Assembly: GCA_016906335.1 (NCBI GenBank)
Contig: JADEYG010000004.1
Span: 310,001-374,000, forward strand
Direction: 5' to 3'
DNA: 64,000 nucleotides
Source: Novakomyces olei
Taxonomy: Eukaryota
Position numbers and translations under genes: made by a program. This document shows, piece by piece, positions 34,996 through 46,663 of the stretch (the stretch's first letter is position 1; every line of letters begins with the position of its first letter). The notes under the pieces are model-generated. The model searched no databases. It had not been told where the DNA came from and saw only the letters and a list, made by a program, of their open reading frames with translations.

Positions 34996-36901
34996 AAGCT
35001 GGCAAGCAAGATTGTATTTTACCTTGGATAAGTGCACGGATACGCGTTGATCAAGTGTATATTATCCCATCATTGCTAGTAAAATCGGGCAAACGTTGTT
35101 CATCTTTTGTGCGCCCGGATACTAGTTTGAATGGGCTGTGGTAGACGGGGTTCATTGACGTTAACCCTAACTCTGGTAATGTACCAATCGACGCAGATAG
35201 TAATATATTATTACCATTGACTTTCGTCAGTGCATTTGTAGTTGAAGGCTTTTTCACAATGGTTTTGAAATATCTGGTTAATATTTTTATTTACAATCTC
35301 AATAAAATTGTTTGTCAGCATAGTTGTTTGTCAGCATAGAGTCTGACGTATCATTTACGCTATCAAAATAAAACCAATTACTAATGATTAGCAGAGAGCA
35401 AATCCATTATCTGCGAGTAAATCGCGATCAGCATATTAATAATCATGTATGATCCGGAAAATTTTTTATTTCATTGCACTCATTGAGGCATCGACGCCAA
35501 ATTTCAATTGATAGATAGAGCCGCAGCTCGGCTTATCATCAGACTCGTATAGAGCATGAGATAAGACAGATTTGAATTTATCAGTCTACAACTTTGTCGG
35601 TACAATCCGTGGTAACTCGTGATGCGGGAGATAAACACTTTCTCACCAGAGACAATTCTGAATAAGATGCTAAAACTAATACTTGTTACGTTGTCTTACA
35701 TAATGGCTGGCAAAAAATAATTGTCTGATTTTTGTAAGAAACGAGCGCCACTGTAGATCAAGAAAGCCAAAAAAAATAGAAATATTTACACGCGCTACCA
35801 AATTTTCGTTTTCAAAGATTAGATAATACAGTGCAACATGATAGAAATCGTAATATGTAAATCATCAATGCTCCAGAATAGGATATTTATAGAACTATTA
35901 TGTACGCATATCTTCCAGACTTTTTTGAACCAGTGGTTCAAACCGGCGGTTCAGCTCCGTATGCTCGAAACTAGCGAGAATATCTCGCAATCGACGTAAA
36001 TGGAAGCATACTACTTCTATGCTACTCGTAGTTTATTGGCTAATCACTAAAGCGGCGGTTATCTTATGTAATACTTTTAATATCTGTGGCCAATCGGAAG
36101 ATGGAGATTATTGATTATTTTCAATGCTCGCACTTGTTCGAGAACAACGTCCACGAAAACTCGGTTAAAATTATATGAGAAAGCAATGCATTATCAAGAA
36201 TTACGCATAGCAGCGTCATTATGCATTACTCCATATGGCTATCCGCCGCTTACTCTATGCATAATCGTCTACTCTATGCGTAGTCGTCCTTGAACCCCAC
36301 ATGCTCGGTACCTTTTCTTTGTGTAACATGACTCCTTGACCACGATAGGTATTAGGCCTTGCCACCAAATGAAAATGTTTGCGTCTTGGGAATATGTAGT
36401 GATTAATGCTTAATGCCATTGGCACTCAAGTCTACCGATAATAGCTATTAGAGCGGAATGCACCAAGCCAATTTCTGTAGAACAGCAAGAGACAGACTCT
36501 CCGTCTCGCGAATTGAAGAATCACCACTCTTGCTTGCCTCTCACGTGATCGGCAAATTTAGACAGTGCGTAAAATAAAAGAAGGGCTCGAATAGCCCTTC
36601 GTGGCGATTACTAGTTTGGGACGCGCGCTATCAGGGAAAAATTTCTAGGGTTTGGTCTCGAGATAAACGGGGCAGGTAAAGTGTACGGGTCGAGCGTAAT
36701 GTACTATAAATGGAGTGAGCATACGCTCGAACCGAGCAAGCAGCGATCAGTGCAAGGCCCTTAAAGCACAATCAAAAGAGGACAGTCTATTTTCATTTGA
36801 AAAGGAACAGACGCCTCCCAAGAATTATTTCAAGAATTATTGGCTGAAACCAACAACTGCTCACTCAGCAAAGCAATCTAAAGCCACGAGCAAACGAGAG
36901 T

Positions 36902-38800
36902 ATGGCGGCCCCAAGTATTGCCGCTGGGGACATTGTCGCCTTTGCCGTTGATAATATCGGGGAGCAGGAGAAAAAGAACGGGCCAATTGGAGTGGAGCAT
37001 GGCAGCCAGGACCGTGGACTCAAGGACTCTAATATTATAACGAGCGTGAATTCAAAGCTGAGCGGAGAAGAGGTCGGCACTGTAGACCAAGCGTATGGCG
37101 GAGCTTTCAGCCATTACACCAAGCCCACGGATGAAGAGATGGAGACTCTGCGCCGAGTGGCAGGCACTATTCCCTGGCTCGCCTTTACCGTTGGATTCGT
37201 GGAGCTGTGTGAGCGCTTCTCCTACTATGGTACGACCCAGGTATTTGTTAATTTTATCCAAAATCCTCTGCCCCCCGGATCGAGAACTGGAGCAAATCAC
37301 CTTACGCCCGATATTGTTGCCGGTGCTCTGGGCCAGGGTCAAAGAGCCTCGACAGGACTGACAACCTTTAACGCCTTTTGGACGTATGTAACGCCCGTCA
37401 TAGGTGCTTATGTGGCCGATACCTACTGGGGCCGGTACCGCACAATTCAATGGTCGTGTTTACTTTCGCTTCTCGGTCATGTGCTGCTGATCATCTCGGC
37501 TATCCCCACCGTCCTTGACCGGGGCACTGGAGCCCTTGGCTGTTTTGTTGTGGGCATTATTCTTATGGGCACGGGTACTGGAGGATTCAAGAGTAATATC
37601 TCTCCGCTTATCGCCGAGCAGTATGATGCTCCCTTTCACGTGAAGACCCTAAAGTCCGGGGAACGTGTTGTCGTTGACCCGTACATGACCGTTTCCAGTA
37701 TGTACATGTGGTTCTATCTCTTTATCAACGTCGGAGCTGTCGTTGGCCAAGTTGGTATGGTGTATGCGGAAAAGTATGTCGGCTTTTGGCTCTCGTACTT
37801 GTTGCCCACGTGTATGTTTTCCCTGTGCCCACTGGTCTTGTATCTTTTCAAGGGCAGATATACACAGAGCAAACCCAGTAGCAGTGCAATTTCCAAGGCG
37901 ATTCGTGTCATTCGAATGTGCTTGAAAGGACGATTTTCTTGGAACCCGTATCGATTTTGGAAAAACCTTCACGCTCCAGACTTTTGGGATGCCGCCAAGC
38001 CGAGTCTTATGGCCGCTGTGCCTCCTTTTGTGACGTGGGATGATGTGTGGGTCGGCGAAGTTCGTCGAGGTGTGAAGGCCTGCAACACGTTTTACTGGAC
38101 GCCACTGTATTGGGTCGCGTACAATCAGCTCATCAACAATCTCGTTTCTCAGGCCGCGGTTATGGAACGAAATGGAGTCCCCAACGATCTTATCAGCAAT
38201 CTTGATCCTATTGCTCTCATTATCTTTATCCCCATCTGCGACCGTATCGTTTACCCTTTCCTCCGCACTCGCCGTATCCGATTCTCTCCAATCAAGCGCA
38301 TTTATTCCGGGTTTTTCCTGGCCTGTAGTGCCATGATTTGGGCCTGTGTTATCCAGTACTTCATTTATCAAAAGAGTGAATGCGGCCGATACGCGAGCGG
38401 CGAAGACTGTGCACCTGCAAACATCAACATGTGGACACAGACGGGCTCATACGTGCTGATCGCCTTCTCTGAGATTTTTACCTCTATCACTGGTCTCGAG
38501 TATGCTTTTACCAAGGCTCCTGTCAATATGCGCTCCGTAGTTCAGTCTATTAATCTGCTGATGACGGCTATTGCCAATGCCATCAACCAGGCACTTGTTG
38601 CTCTTTCCGCCGATCCGTTGCTCGTTGTTAATTACGGAGTTGTTGCGGGTCTTTCTTTCATTGGCGGTGTCGGATTCTTCCTTTCCTTCCGCCAAATGGA
38701 CAAGGAGGAAGATAGCCTGAACAAGCTGTCTGAAATGAGTCAATCCGGGATCAATCGCCCGACGGACGAGGAGTCCTCCGTCGATACAGAGAAGAAGTAG
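36902..38800 (+). CDS. PTR2: POT/PTR-family di/tripeptide transporter
   Basis: Intronless 632 aa; ELCERFSYYG (ExxERFxYY), GAYVADTYWGRY, GTGGFKSNISP, FYLFINVG, EYAFTKAPVNMRS. Confidence 0.93.
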   Translation: MAAPSIAAGDIVAFAVDNIGEQEKKNGPIGVEHGSQDRGLKDSNIITSVNSKLSGEEVGTVDQAYGGAFSHYTKPTDEEMETLRRVAGTIPWLAFTVGFVELCERFSYYGTTQVFVNFIQNPLPPGSRTGANHLTPDIVAGALGQGQRASTGLTTFNAFWTYVTPVIGAYVADTYWGRYRTIQWSCLLSLLGHVLLIISAIPTVLDRGTGALGCFVVGIILMGTGTGGFKSNISPLIAEQYDAPFHVKTLKSGERVVVDPYMTVSSMYMWFYLFINVGAVVGQVGMVYAEKYVGFWLSYLLPTCMFSLCPLVLYLFKGRYTQSKPSSSAISKAIRVIRMCLKGRFSWNPYRFWKNLHAPDFWDAAKPSLMAAVPPFVTWDDVWVGEVRRGVKACNTFYWTPLYWVAYNQLINNLVSQAAVMERNGVPNDLISNLDPIALIIFIPICDRIVYPFLRTRRIRFSPIKRIYSGFFLACSAMIWACVIQYFIYQKSECGRYASGEDCAPANINMWTQTGSYVLIAFSEIFTSITGLEYAFTKAPVNMRSVVQSINLLMTAIANAINQALVALSADPLLVVNYGVVAGLSFIGGVGFFLSFRQMDKEEDSLNKLSEMSQSGINRPTDEESSVDTEKK

Positions 38801-40032
38801 GAATAAAGTAGGATCAGGGGAAAAGGGAGGTCCAAAAATGGATGGATGGGTGGGTGGATGGATGGACACGAAAAGCCAAGGAAGATATTGTTTTGTATAT
38901 AGTTTTTTTGAGAAAAACTTTACCGTGTTAGCGTAATAAATACTAAATTTTGGAAATAAACCAATTTGAAACCGAAACCTTAAAAGACGGTGACCCTTTG
39001 TATCGAGTATACAGAAGGATTGATGTGCGCAAAAAGGCGATAAAACACACGGATAGGAGCAATTTGACCCTACTGGAGCAGTTTCTTGAATTTTAATCCA
39101 AAGTAAACGAGTGTAAGCGCGTCTTCTTATTGGCGGAAGATTATGAATCTAGATCCTTGATTATCATTGGCTTACGTTATCGTGAAGATCAGTTGTATGG
39201 ATTAATTAATATTAGTGTTCAGCTATGACATCAAGATCTTCATGAGGGATATCGTGGTTCACACGAACTAAAGAAATATGGCAGTCGGACGAGCATAGGA
39301 CTCGTCGAAAATAAGCTCCACGCCTATCGCGCCGAAGATCCAGGATTTACACTGATGCTGTACAGATAGAGCACAGACTGGATTCCGATAGAAAAGTACA
39401 GCATATAATCCATCAGATATATGGGCGAATACGGTCGTCAGATGGCGTCTGGATTATATATAAATTGCCATAGCAAATAAATCGTTATTGTATAATAAAA
39501 GAAAATTTGTTTCCTGCCTTAATTTCCCAATTATCAGCATCTTGCTCTTGAGAAGGTTCACATTGATCTACACCTGTCAAGCTGAAAATGTATAACAAAA
39601 GCACAAAATTCTGTTCGTGCAACACAGCAAAGCTATGCCATTCTCATGCGTAACATGGCAAGTCCTAGGCTCCAGGAGGACTGTCAGGGGCCCAAAGTCT
39701 ATAATATCTACGTTGTATAAATATATAAATACTTGCTATGCCGCGGTAGCGAGTTCACCACTTGAGCCCCATATTTATGTTCAAAATCAGAATACACGGA
39801 AGCGCACGTTACCTGATCGTTGGGAGCCATCGGGACTCGAGCACGCAGACACTCGGACCGTTTAGCCCCATCGGCTGAAGCGTGTAAAAGTAGGATATTA
39901 AAGTCCAAAAGATAATCAAAAGGTATTCGCGTATTAGGATCGGTATTACATTTTGGACGTGAAAATTAATACTAGACTTGTATCCGCAAGCCAAGACGTA
40001 GTATACAGCTTTGCTTTCCAATCCGGTCGACA

Positions 40033-42022
40033 ATGACTCTGGAGACACCGCAACAAGAGATGTCGGCCGCTGCCTCTCAGTACCCGGCGGAAGTTATGGC
40101 ACAAGAAGGCAGCCGGTACGAGAGATGGAAGAAGAAAACTGCCGCCTTCTTTCGCAGGAACTCGAAAAGCATGCGCCGGTTTGCTACGTTTATCGGCCCG
40201 GGAATAATAGTCGCTATTGCCGGTATCGACCCAGGAAATTATAGCACTGTCGTTTCCGCCGGACAGAGTATGAAGTACCATCCTCTCTTCATCGTCTTTA
40301 TTACCGCAATTATGGCCTTCCTTGTCAACGTGCTCGCTTACCGTCTGGGACTGGTTACTGGACAAAATCTTGCTCGCAACTGCTGTCTGCACTATCCACG
40401 CTGGTTGAAATGGATTCTTTATATCGCTACTGAACTCTCCACGATCGCAATGGAGCTGAGTGAAGTCTCTGGCAGTGCTGTTGCCATGCACTTGCTCTTT
40501 GGGCTGCCCTACCCGGCCGGCTGTGCTTTGACGCTAGTCGAGGCCTTTGTTAGTGTCCTACTGTACCGGCCTTACCAGGGTATGCGAGCCGTTCATTTGT
40601 ACGAGGCTGTAATTTGCACAATAACCCTGTCTGTTGTAATTTGCTTCATCGTGATGCTGGCGAATGTGGGGGCCTTGGACACTGCTGAAGTATTAAAGGG
40701 GTTTCTGCCAAGTAAAACCGTTTTTGCAAGTGGCAATGTGATGCAGAGTGTAGCAATAATGGGAGCCACAGTGTCCCCATTTTCCGTGTTCCTCGCTTCC
40801 GGCCTCGTGACTGAACGGCTAAGGGACCGCGATCACAAGATGGGGGTCTACGATACGGACACGGGCAAGCTGGTCGAGTTTCGCGATTACAGCCCGAGTT
40901 TAGCAGCCGTTAGGTACAGTCTGCGATTCACCACGTGGGAGCTGCTCATCTCCACTTTTGGTGTCAATTTTGTGGTCAATGTGCTCGGCGTTATTGTCAG
41001 CGCTCACATGTTTTCACAGTCCGGCAATAAGGACTACGATGCGGCCGACCTGGAGTCCGTCTATGCCCTGTTTAAAGATACGCTTGGAGTAGGAGTGGCC
41101 AAGGTTTATGCCGTATCGCTCCTCCTGTCCGGGTTCGTGTCAAGCTACGTTGTCACCATCTCGGGGCAGATGATAATGGACGGATTTTTGGAATTGCGCA
41201 TTAAACCCTGGATTCGGCGTATCGTGTCCCGCCTGGTTGTCGTTGTGCCAGTGCTCATTATTGCCGTCAATTTGGGCCGTGAAGGCTTGAAGCAGGCAAT
41301 AATAATCACGCAAGTTCTTACCAGTATACTACTGCCTTTCTGTGCTGTGCCGCTGATCCATCTGTCGTGGAATAAAAAGGTCATGACCATCCTCGATGAC
41401 GACAATACGGGAGCTGGTCGAGATCAGCGTGCAGCGTCTCAAGATGGAGAGGGGGACACGCTTCTCATGACGCCTCCTCTTCCCCAAGACAGTTCCGGAC
41501 CAGTTAAGGGAGCGAGAGCAAGCTCAGCGCCGATGACTGCGGACCATGAAGCATCGCGTCACAGCGTCAATATGCGTGCTCATGTTGCAATAATGGTACG
41601 TGCTTTTTACCAGCGTTTTCTTTAGAGTTATACCCATATTTATTTATTTATATTTATTTATTTATATTTATTTATTTATATTTATTTATATTTATTTATT
41701 TATATTTATTTATATTTATTTATATTTATTTATATTTATTTATATTTATTGATATTTATTTATATTTATTTACTTATTTGTTTATGCAATTATTATTTTA
41801 TCCGTTTTATCTGTATAAAACACAAACATTGCTTGTTATATGAATAAGCTTTCTTTCGATCGCGTGGGCATTTGTATTACAAAATTGTCGTATAAATTCA
41901 ATCTTTTAGTACTAACTGTCCAGGCGAGCGCTAGTTTGTGTGTGCTTTTGGTCATCGCGCTCAATTTCGCCATGATCGTGGATGCTATTAAAACGGCCAC
42001 GGCGAAAAAGAGCAAGCCATGA
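40033..42022 (+). CDS. NRAMP/SLC11 (Smf-like) metal transporter with atypical metal-site residues
   Basis: FIGPG..IDPGNY, RLGLVTGQNLA, TISGQMIMDGFL..PWIRR..SR, QVLTSILLPF; intron 41596-41922; last exon ends TGA 42022. Confidence 0.88.
41637..41775. repeat. Intronic 10-bp repeat (TATTTATTTA)n
   Basis: Read directly; in the NRAMP intron. Confidence 0.96.
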
Positions 42023-42815
42023 AAATTGGTCACAGAGTTACAGATTGGGCGTGAAATGGGCCATCTAAAAGGAGGGAGACCTTTTGCAACTGTTTCAGAG
42101 TAGCATTGAGACTTATAGACCTATTGATAAAATGTTTGAAATATTAAATGCAAAAGCTAATTACGCTTTTACCAAATTCAAGTATGTATACACGTGTACA
42201 CCTCCACTGTGCCAGTATACCTTAATACGAGGCAAACGCTCGTGGCCGAGACTCGAGCTATCAGTGGAGGAAGCTGCACAATCAAAGGCAGAGTTGTATA
42301 ATAGCTTTCCAAGAGCCTTTTAATGGACGCTAAATATGAGCGCAAACGACTACTTATCCTATTGCTTGGTTATTTGTTTCCCTATTTTTAAGCGTGCCAG
42401 GCGTGGCGGGAAATTTTTCGTTTGTCATTCCAAAGTATAATGCGCATAGTACACGGATTACCCATAATTTAGGGTTTATCACGTACATAGCACAGCAACA
42501 GTCTCACCGTTCCTTGTCGTTGTTCCTTTGCTCTTGGTCCTTGTTTAAATCGATGTAAAAGAGGACCGAAAAAAAGGCATCGCTATCGTCTGCTTTCAAC
42601 GAGTGTTTGCTCTAAACGCCGTCTTTGTGTATACATTGCTACAAACACATTCGCCTACAGTCCCTAAATACTGGTAAAGTGTGGTCATAGCGTGTAGTCG
42701 TGTACGATATAATATTAGTACCGCCAATATTATACGTGTAAGAAGTCGATCCTCTTAAAAATAGGAAAATCGATACGTTTTGATGCGATGTCAGATTGAC
42801 TGACTTGCATTCTTG

Positions 42816-44027
42816 ATGTGGGCGTCAATACAGGCGTTTGCAATCATTCCCCTTTATCTTTTTCTTCTTTTGCGGTGCCGATTAGTGGGCGGAACCCCGT
42901 TACCCCTCAAATACTTCAACGAACCACCGGGTGGTCTTCGCGAAGGTCACTATAGCGCGCGATACTTTACCGGCGTACAGAGCTACAATGATAATATACG
43001 CGTGCAGGCGGATCTTTTCCGCGCTTGGGCTTTGGTAAGCGGATGCGAAATAGTACTGGTTTCTTACTGTAGATTGCAAACACTGAAAAATTGGAATACT
43101 GGCTGGCGCACGGTTCATTGCTCGGAAATTGGTGGAACAATAAGAACTTACCTTGGTATAATGCTGCTTTTGATCCTTTCTGTATATGCTTTTCTATCTC
43201 GCCTTTGACTTTTAGGACTCTTTTTCTTGCTGTATGATTTGCCTCTGAGCTGAACGATTCCTGCTTTTGTGATTGCCATCTACTTGTATTTCAATTTGTT
43301 TATTCTTTCTCACTTCCTTTGTGTCTGATTACACAAATACAGTCAGTTGCTAACTTGCAGGGATTACGATATAGATGTCCAGGTCAATCTGGCAACGCTG
43401 GCACAGCAAATGGTCCCGTTGAATGGGACAGTCTGGGAAGTAGAGCCCGATTATAAACTGAGCCCTGGCGGCCAAGTCGCAAACTATACGCTCGACGTGA
43501 ATGGGTACTTTGGCCAGCGAGTTCGTGGAGACGGAGATAACGTTATCGATGCCCGCTTTATCGATATGAAAGTCGGCAGTTTTATAGATATAACTGCTCT
43601 TGCGGAAACAGATCCAATAAACCATCCAGGCCGGATGCAGTGCCGGAATAACCATTTTTATTCTGTTTCCGAAATATATCCTCTACAGCAAACTGTACAT
43701 GAGGGAGTAATCGCGTGGACTCCTGCAGCAGTGGATACTATTCTCGTGGCCGAGTATGGCGAAGGTTCTCTTCGTAAAAAACATTTTGCAGGTCACCAGT
43801 GGATTGAAAATTTGCACTTGTGGATCAAGGAGGGGACAAGACCCAAGCTGGCCGCTGAGGGTAGTGGTGAAGCACGAGCAAGCCAGGCTCAAGAAGCTGC
43901 TGTTCTTGCTGTCGAAGCAGCCAGAGCCGATCAAGCAGCTCGGGCTGCTTTTATGGCGCGCAATGCTTTGGCTCATACGCGTGAATCTTTTATCGTGCGT
44001 GCTTGGAAATGGTTTGATTCATTATAA
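42816..44027 (+). CDS. LicD/fukutin-family phosphotransferase (Mnn4-like), secretory pathway
   Basis: N-terminal hydrophobic segment, KYFNEP..HYSARYF, intron 43035-43072, WLAHGSLLGNWWN..LPW | DYDIDVQV, NVIDARFID..G.FIDITAL. Confidence 0.88.
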
Positions 44028-45244
44028 ATTATGTGAACGCGGGGGCCATGTTTTAAGAGTATATATAAAGTGTTTAATGAAATAGTAAAAGTGCCAAGGC
44101 CCTACGCTACTGTCGCTCGTCTTTTGTTTATGTTCATTCTTTACTTGTACTAGATCAGCAAATTAGAATCAGACGTGAATGTATACCGCGTAAGTATTAT
44201 AGTATATTGATTTCTTTCATTGCATATTGCATTCTACATCGCAAAATCTAACTTGTACTTTTAAACACAATTCTGTAATTTTTATCGCAATTAATATTCC
44301 AGGTCATTCTTTCATGAAGCAATATAGGGCCACGTTCAGTTCTCGTTCATACTGCTTAATTTCAATACAAGCGCTAGTGCGTACCCTTTACATCATAAAG
44401 CACAAAGGCTGTTTATATGTCGTGTGACATTTCCTAACCTATGTCGCTTCCAAGCATTCGTAACCAGCATTCACGTGGCGGGATCGCTTACACACGAGCA
44501 TAACCCAAAGAGTTGCGTGGAGGCACGAAACGTGCTGGAGCATATTATAGTAGAATTTAAGTAATTCCCGCTTAACTACTCTTTTTGTTTACGTGAGAGT
44601 ATTGGCTGGCTGCCTGCTTGGTTTTGGCATGTAACGCGCATATAACCAGTCGATTCGTTACGCGCGATAAATTCTGACTAATGTGTCTGTCTCGTGAGCC
44701 AAGCGTATGCATATCTTGCCGTTTCAGGGGCAAAGAATTCGGCTAGCGCAGGTACTGCCAAGGAAGCTTGTCTTATTGGTCAGTAATACGAGTGCAACTA
44801 TGAAAAGAAACGATACGGGAAAAAAGGGGCCGCTGTGCCAAGTTTTGTTTCAAACTAAGGGATGTTGGGGGCACGGCAGTGAAATGAGAACTATAGTGGA
44901 ATGAATACCAATGATATCTGTAGTATACTATACTTCACTTTTTTCTGTACGGCAATTCCTCGTGTATCCTCAAATTTGTCAGTGCACGCCTAGCGATGCG
45001 GCAAAGTATAATGGAAATATTATTGAGAATTAGTATCAATATCATTTGTAATATATATATATATATATATGTATATATATTACATATGCCCTACAAGCCT
45101 TCCAACAACGCCAAAAAAAAGGGAATAAAGAATAAAACACGAAGGCATCGCATCGATTCACGCGTCTCCCTTGTCCCTCTCGATTCATGAATTGAAAGGA
45201 ACCTCTTCTGTCACGTCTGATAGCTCGTCACATCTATCTTTTAC

Positions 45245-46663
45245 ATGGCTTTAGGCTTCCTTCCGTTACGGCGGCTTCTGCTGATCGGGTTCTTAGCCAC
45301 AAGTATTGTTGTTTTAGCAATATATTCCGCAACCACATCGGTTACTTCTCCGGTGCAGCAAAAAGTCCATGACTGGACTTCAGCAAAGCACATAGATCGA
45401 TCTTCATGTCGGGCCACCATTACGCGTCAGAAAGAAATGCTCCGGCAAGGTTTCGCTCCGTCGTTAATGGGCAAGAAACATGCCGGCCTACTTACTTTCC
45501 AGGACCATGAAAATAAAGGCGATTCTGCAATTTATGTGGGCCAGGAAATGCTCCTGCATGATTTCGGCGTTTCGCTTGATTACATTAACGCTCAGGGTCC
45601 GGACTGGTCAATTTTAGAGGAAATTGTTCAGCGCGGCAATGAAAATGGTGATGATGCTGTCATCCTTTTCCAGGGTGGAGGAAACTTTGGGGATCTGTAC
45701 TATGGCTATACGCAGGAAAGGTTTTGGGCTGCCGAAAATTTGTCCTCTGCCACTTTTATCCAGTTTCCCGTCTCGACCAAGTTCAACTATGAAGACACAT
45801 TGGTTGAGACGATCAGCGGCTTTGCTCAACAGGCTAATATAATGTTGGCGGCACGTGATGCCTCCTCTTGGGATTTCTTGCACACAAATTTTTACCAACC
45901 CTTGCGTGGAGTGAGCGATACGTTTGCTGGGAATCCGGATGGCAGACATGAAGTGCTTTTTACCCCAGATATTGCAACATATATGGGATGGATGTACGAT
46001 ATTCCGCACATTAAATCCCGAGTGGATAATCCGATGTACGACGTGACGGTTATTACGCGTATCGACACGGAAATTGGGATAAATTTTAATACGCGTAGCG
46101 TTTGGCACGCGCTGCGTGGGATTCCGCGTGGACCGGGACCAGCCGCTGGCGTCGCTATTGGTTCCAGTGCAACTGGTCTGCCATCGGAACAGCAGCCGAT
46201 CTCGTTTATTGTCGAGGACTGGCCGCCTGCCGGCGAACTTGATAACACGACGATGCCGGAACGTGCACGCTTGAGGACAGATGTCGCTATTGAGTTTCTT
46301 ACCCGAAGCCGTCTTGTTATTACTGATAGATTACATGGCCATATTTTGGCTACAATGCTGGGAGTTCCTCACATTGCCTTTGCTAAAGATACTACGGGGT
46401 ACAATAAAATGTTACATTATCACAACTCTTGGATGTGGCCTTGCGAAAAAGCTGGAATTTCTCGTATCGCTCGCACTCAAGAGGAGGTTATTCGCCTCAC
46501 ACGGGAATTTTTTGCCAACGGTGGATATTTCAGTCAGGATTCCGTTTCTGCCGCTGTTCATAATGCGATTGATTTCGACAATTTCAATTCAGAGGAAGCA
46601 GCACACCAACTGCTAAAGAATGCGAGGCTAGAACCGGCTCAGCCTGTACGGCCTCCTGTTTGA
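45245..46663 (+). CDS. pvg1: Polysaccharide pyruvyltransferase, type II membrane protein
   Basis: N-terminal TM; HENKGDSAIYVG, GGGNFGDLY, FPVS, LAARD, PDIA, VITDRLHGHILA..LGVPH. Confidence 0.85.
   Translation: MALGFLPLRRLLLIGFLATSIVVLAIYSATTSVTSPVQQKVHDWTSAKHIDRSSCRATITRQKEMLRQGFAPSLMGKKHAGLLTFQDHENKGDSAIYVGQEMLLHDFGVSLDYINAQGPDWSILEEIVQRGNENGDDAVILFQGGGNFGDLYYGYTQERFWAAENLSSATFIQFPVSTKFNYEDTLVETISGFAQQANIMLAARDASSWDFLHTNFYQPLRGVSDTFAGNPDGRHEVLFTPDIATYMGWMYDIPHIKSRVDNPMYDVTVITRIDTEIGINFNTRSVWHALRGIPRGPGPAAGVAIGSSATGLPSEQQPISFIVEDWPPAGELDNTTMPERARLRTDVAIEFLTRSRLVITDRLHGHILATMLGVPHIAFAKDTTGYNKMLHYHNSWMWPCEKAGISRIARTQEEVIRLTREFFANGGYFSQDSVSAAVHNAIDFDNFNSEEAAHQLLKNARLEPAQPVRPPV

Noticed and set aside
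35900-35960. tRNA gene around GGTTCAAACC
   Set aside because: No A box or cloverleaf could be built
36580-36600. 8-bp hairpin GAAGGGCT-N5-AGCCCTTC as a terminator
   Set aside because: Eukaryotic promoter region, no U tract, plausible by chance
37649-38371. Long antisense ORFs (also 11051-11764, 31175-31828, 39946-40491)
   Set aside because: Shadow frames of well-supported genes with no motifs
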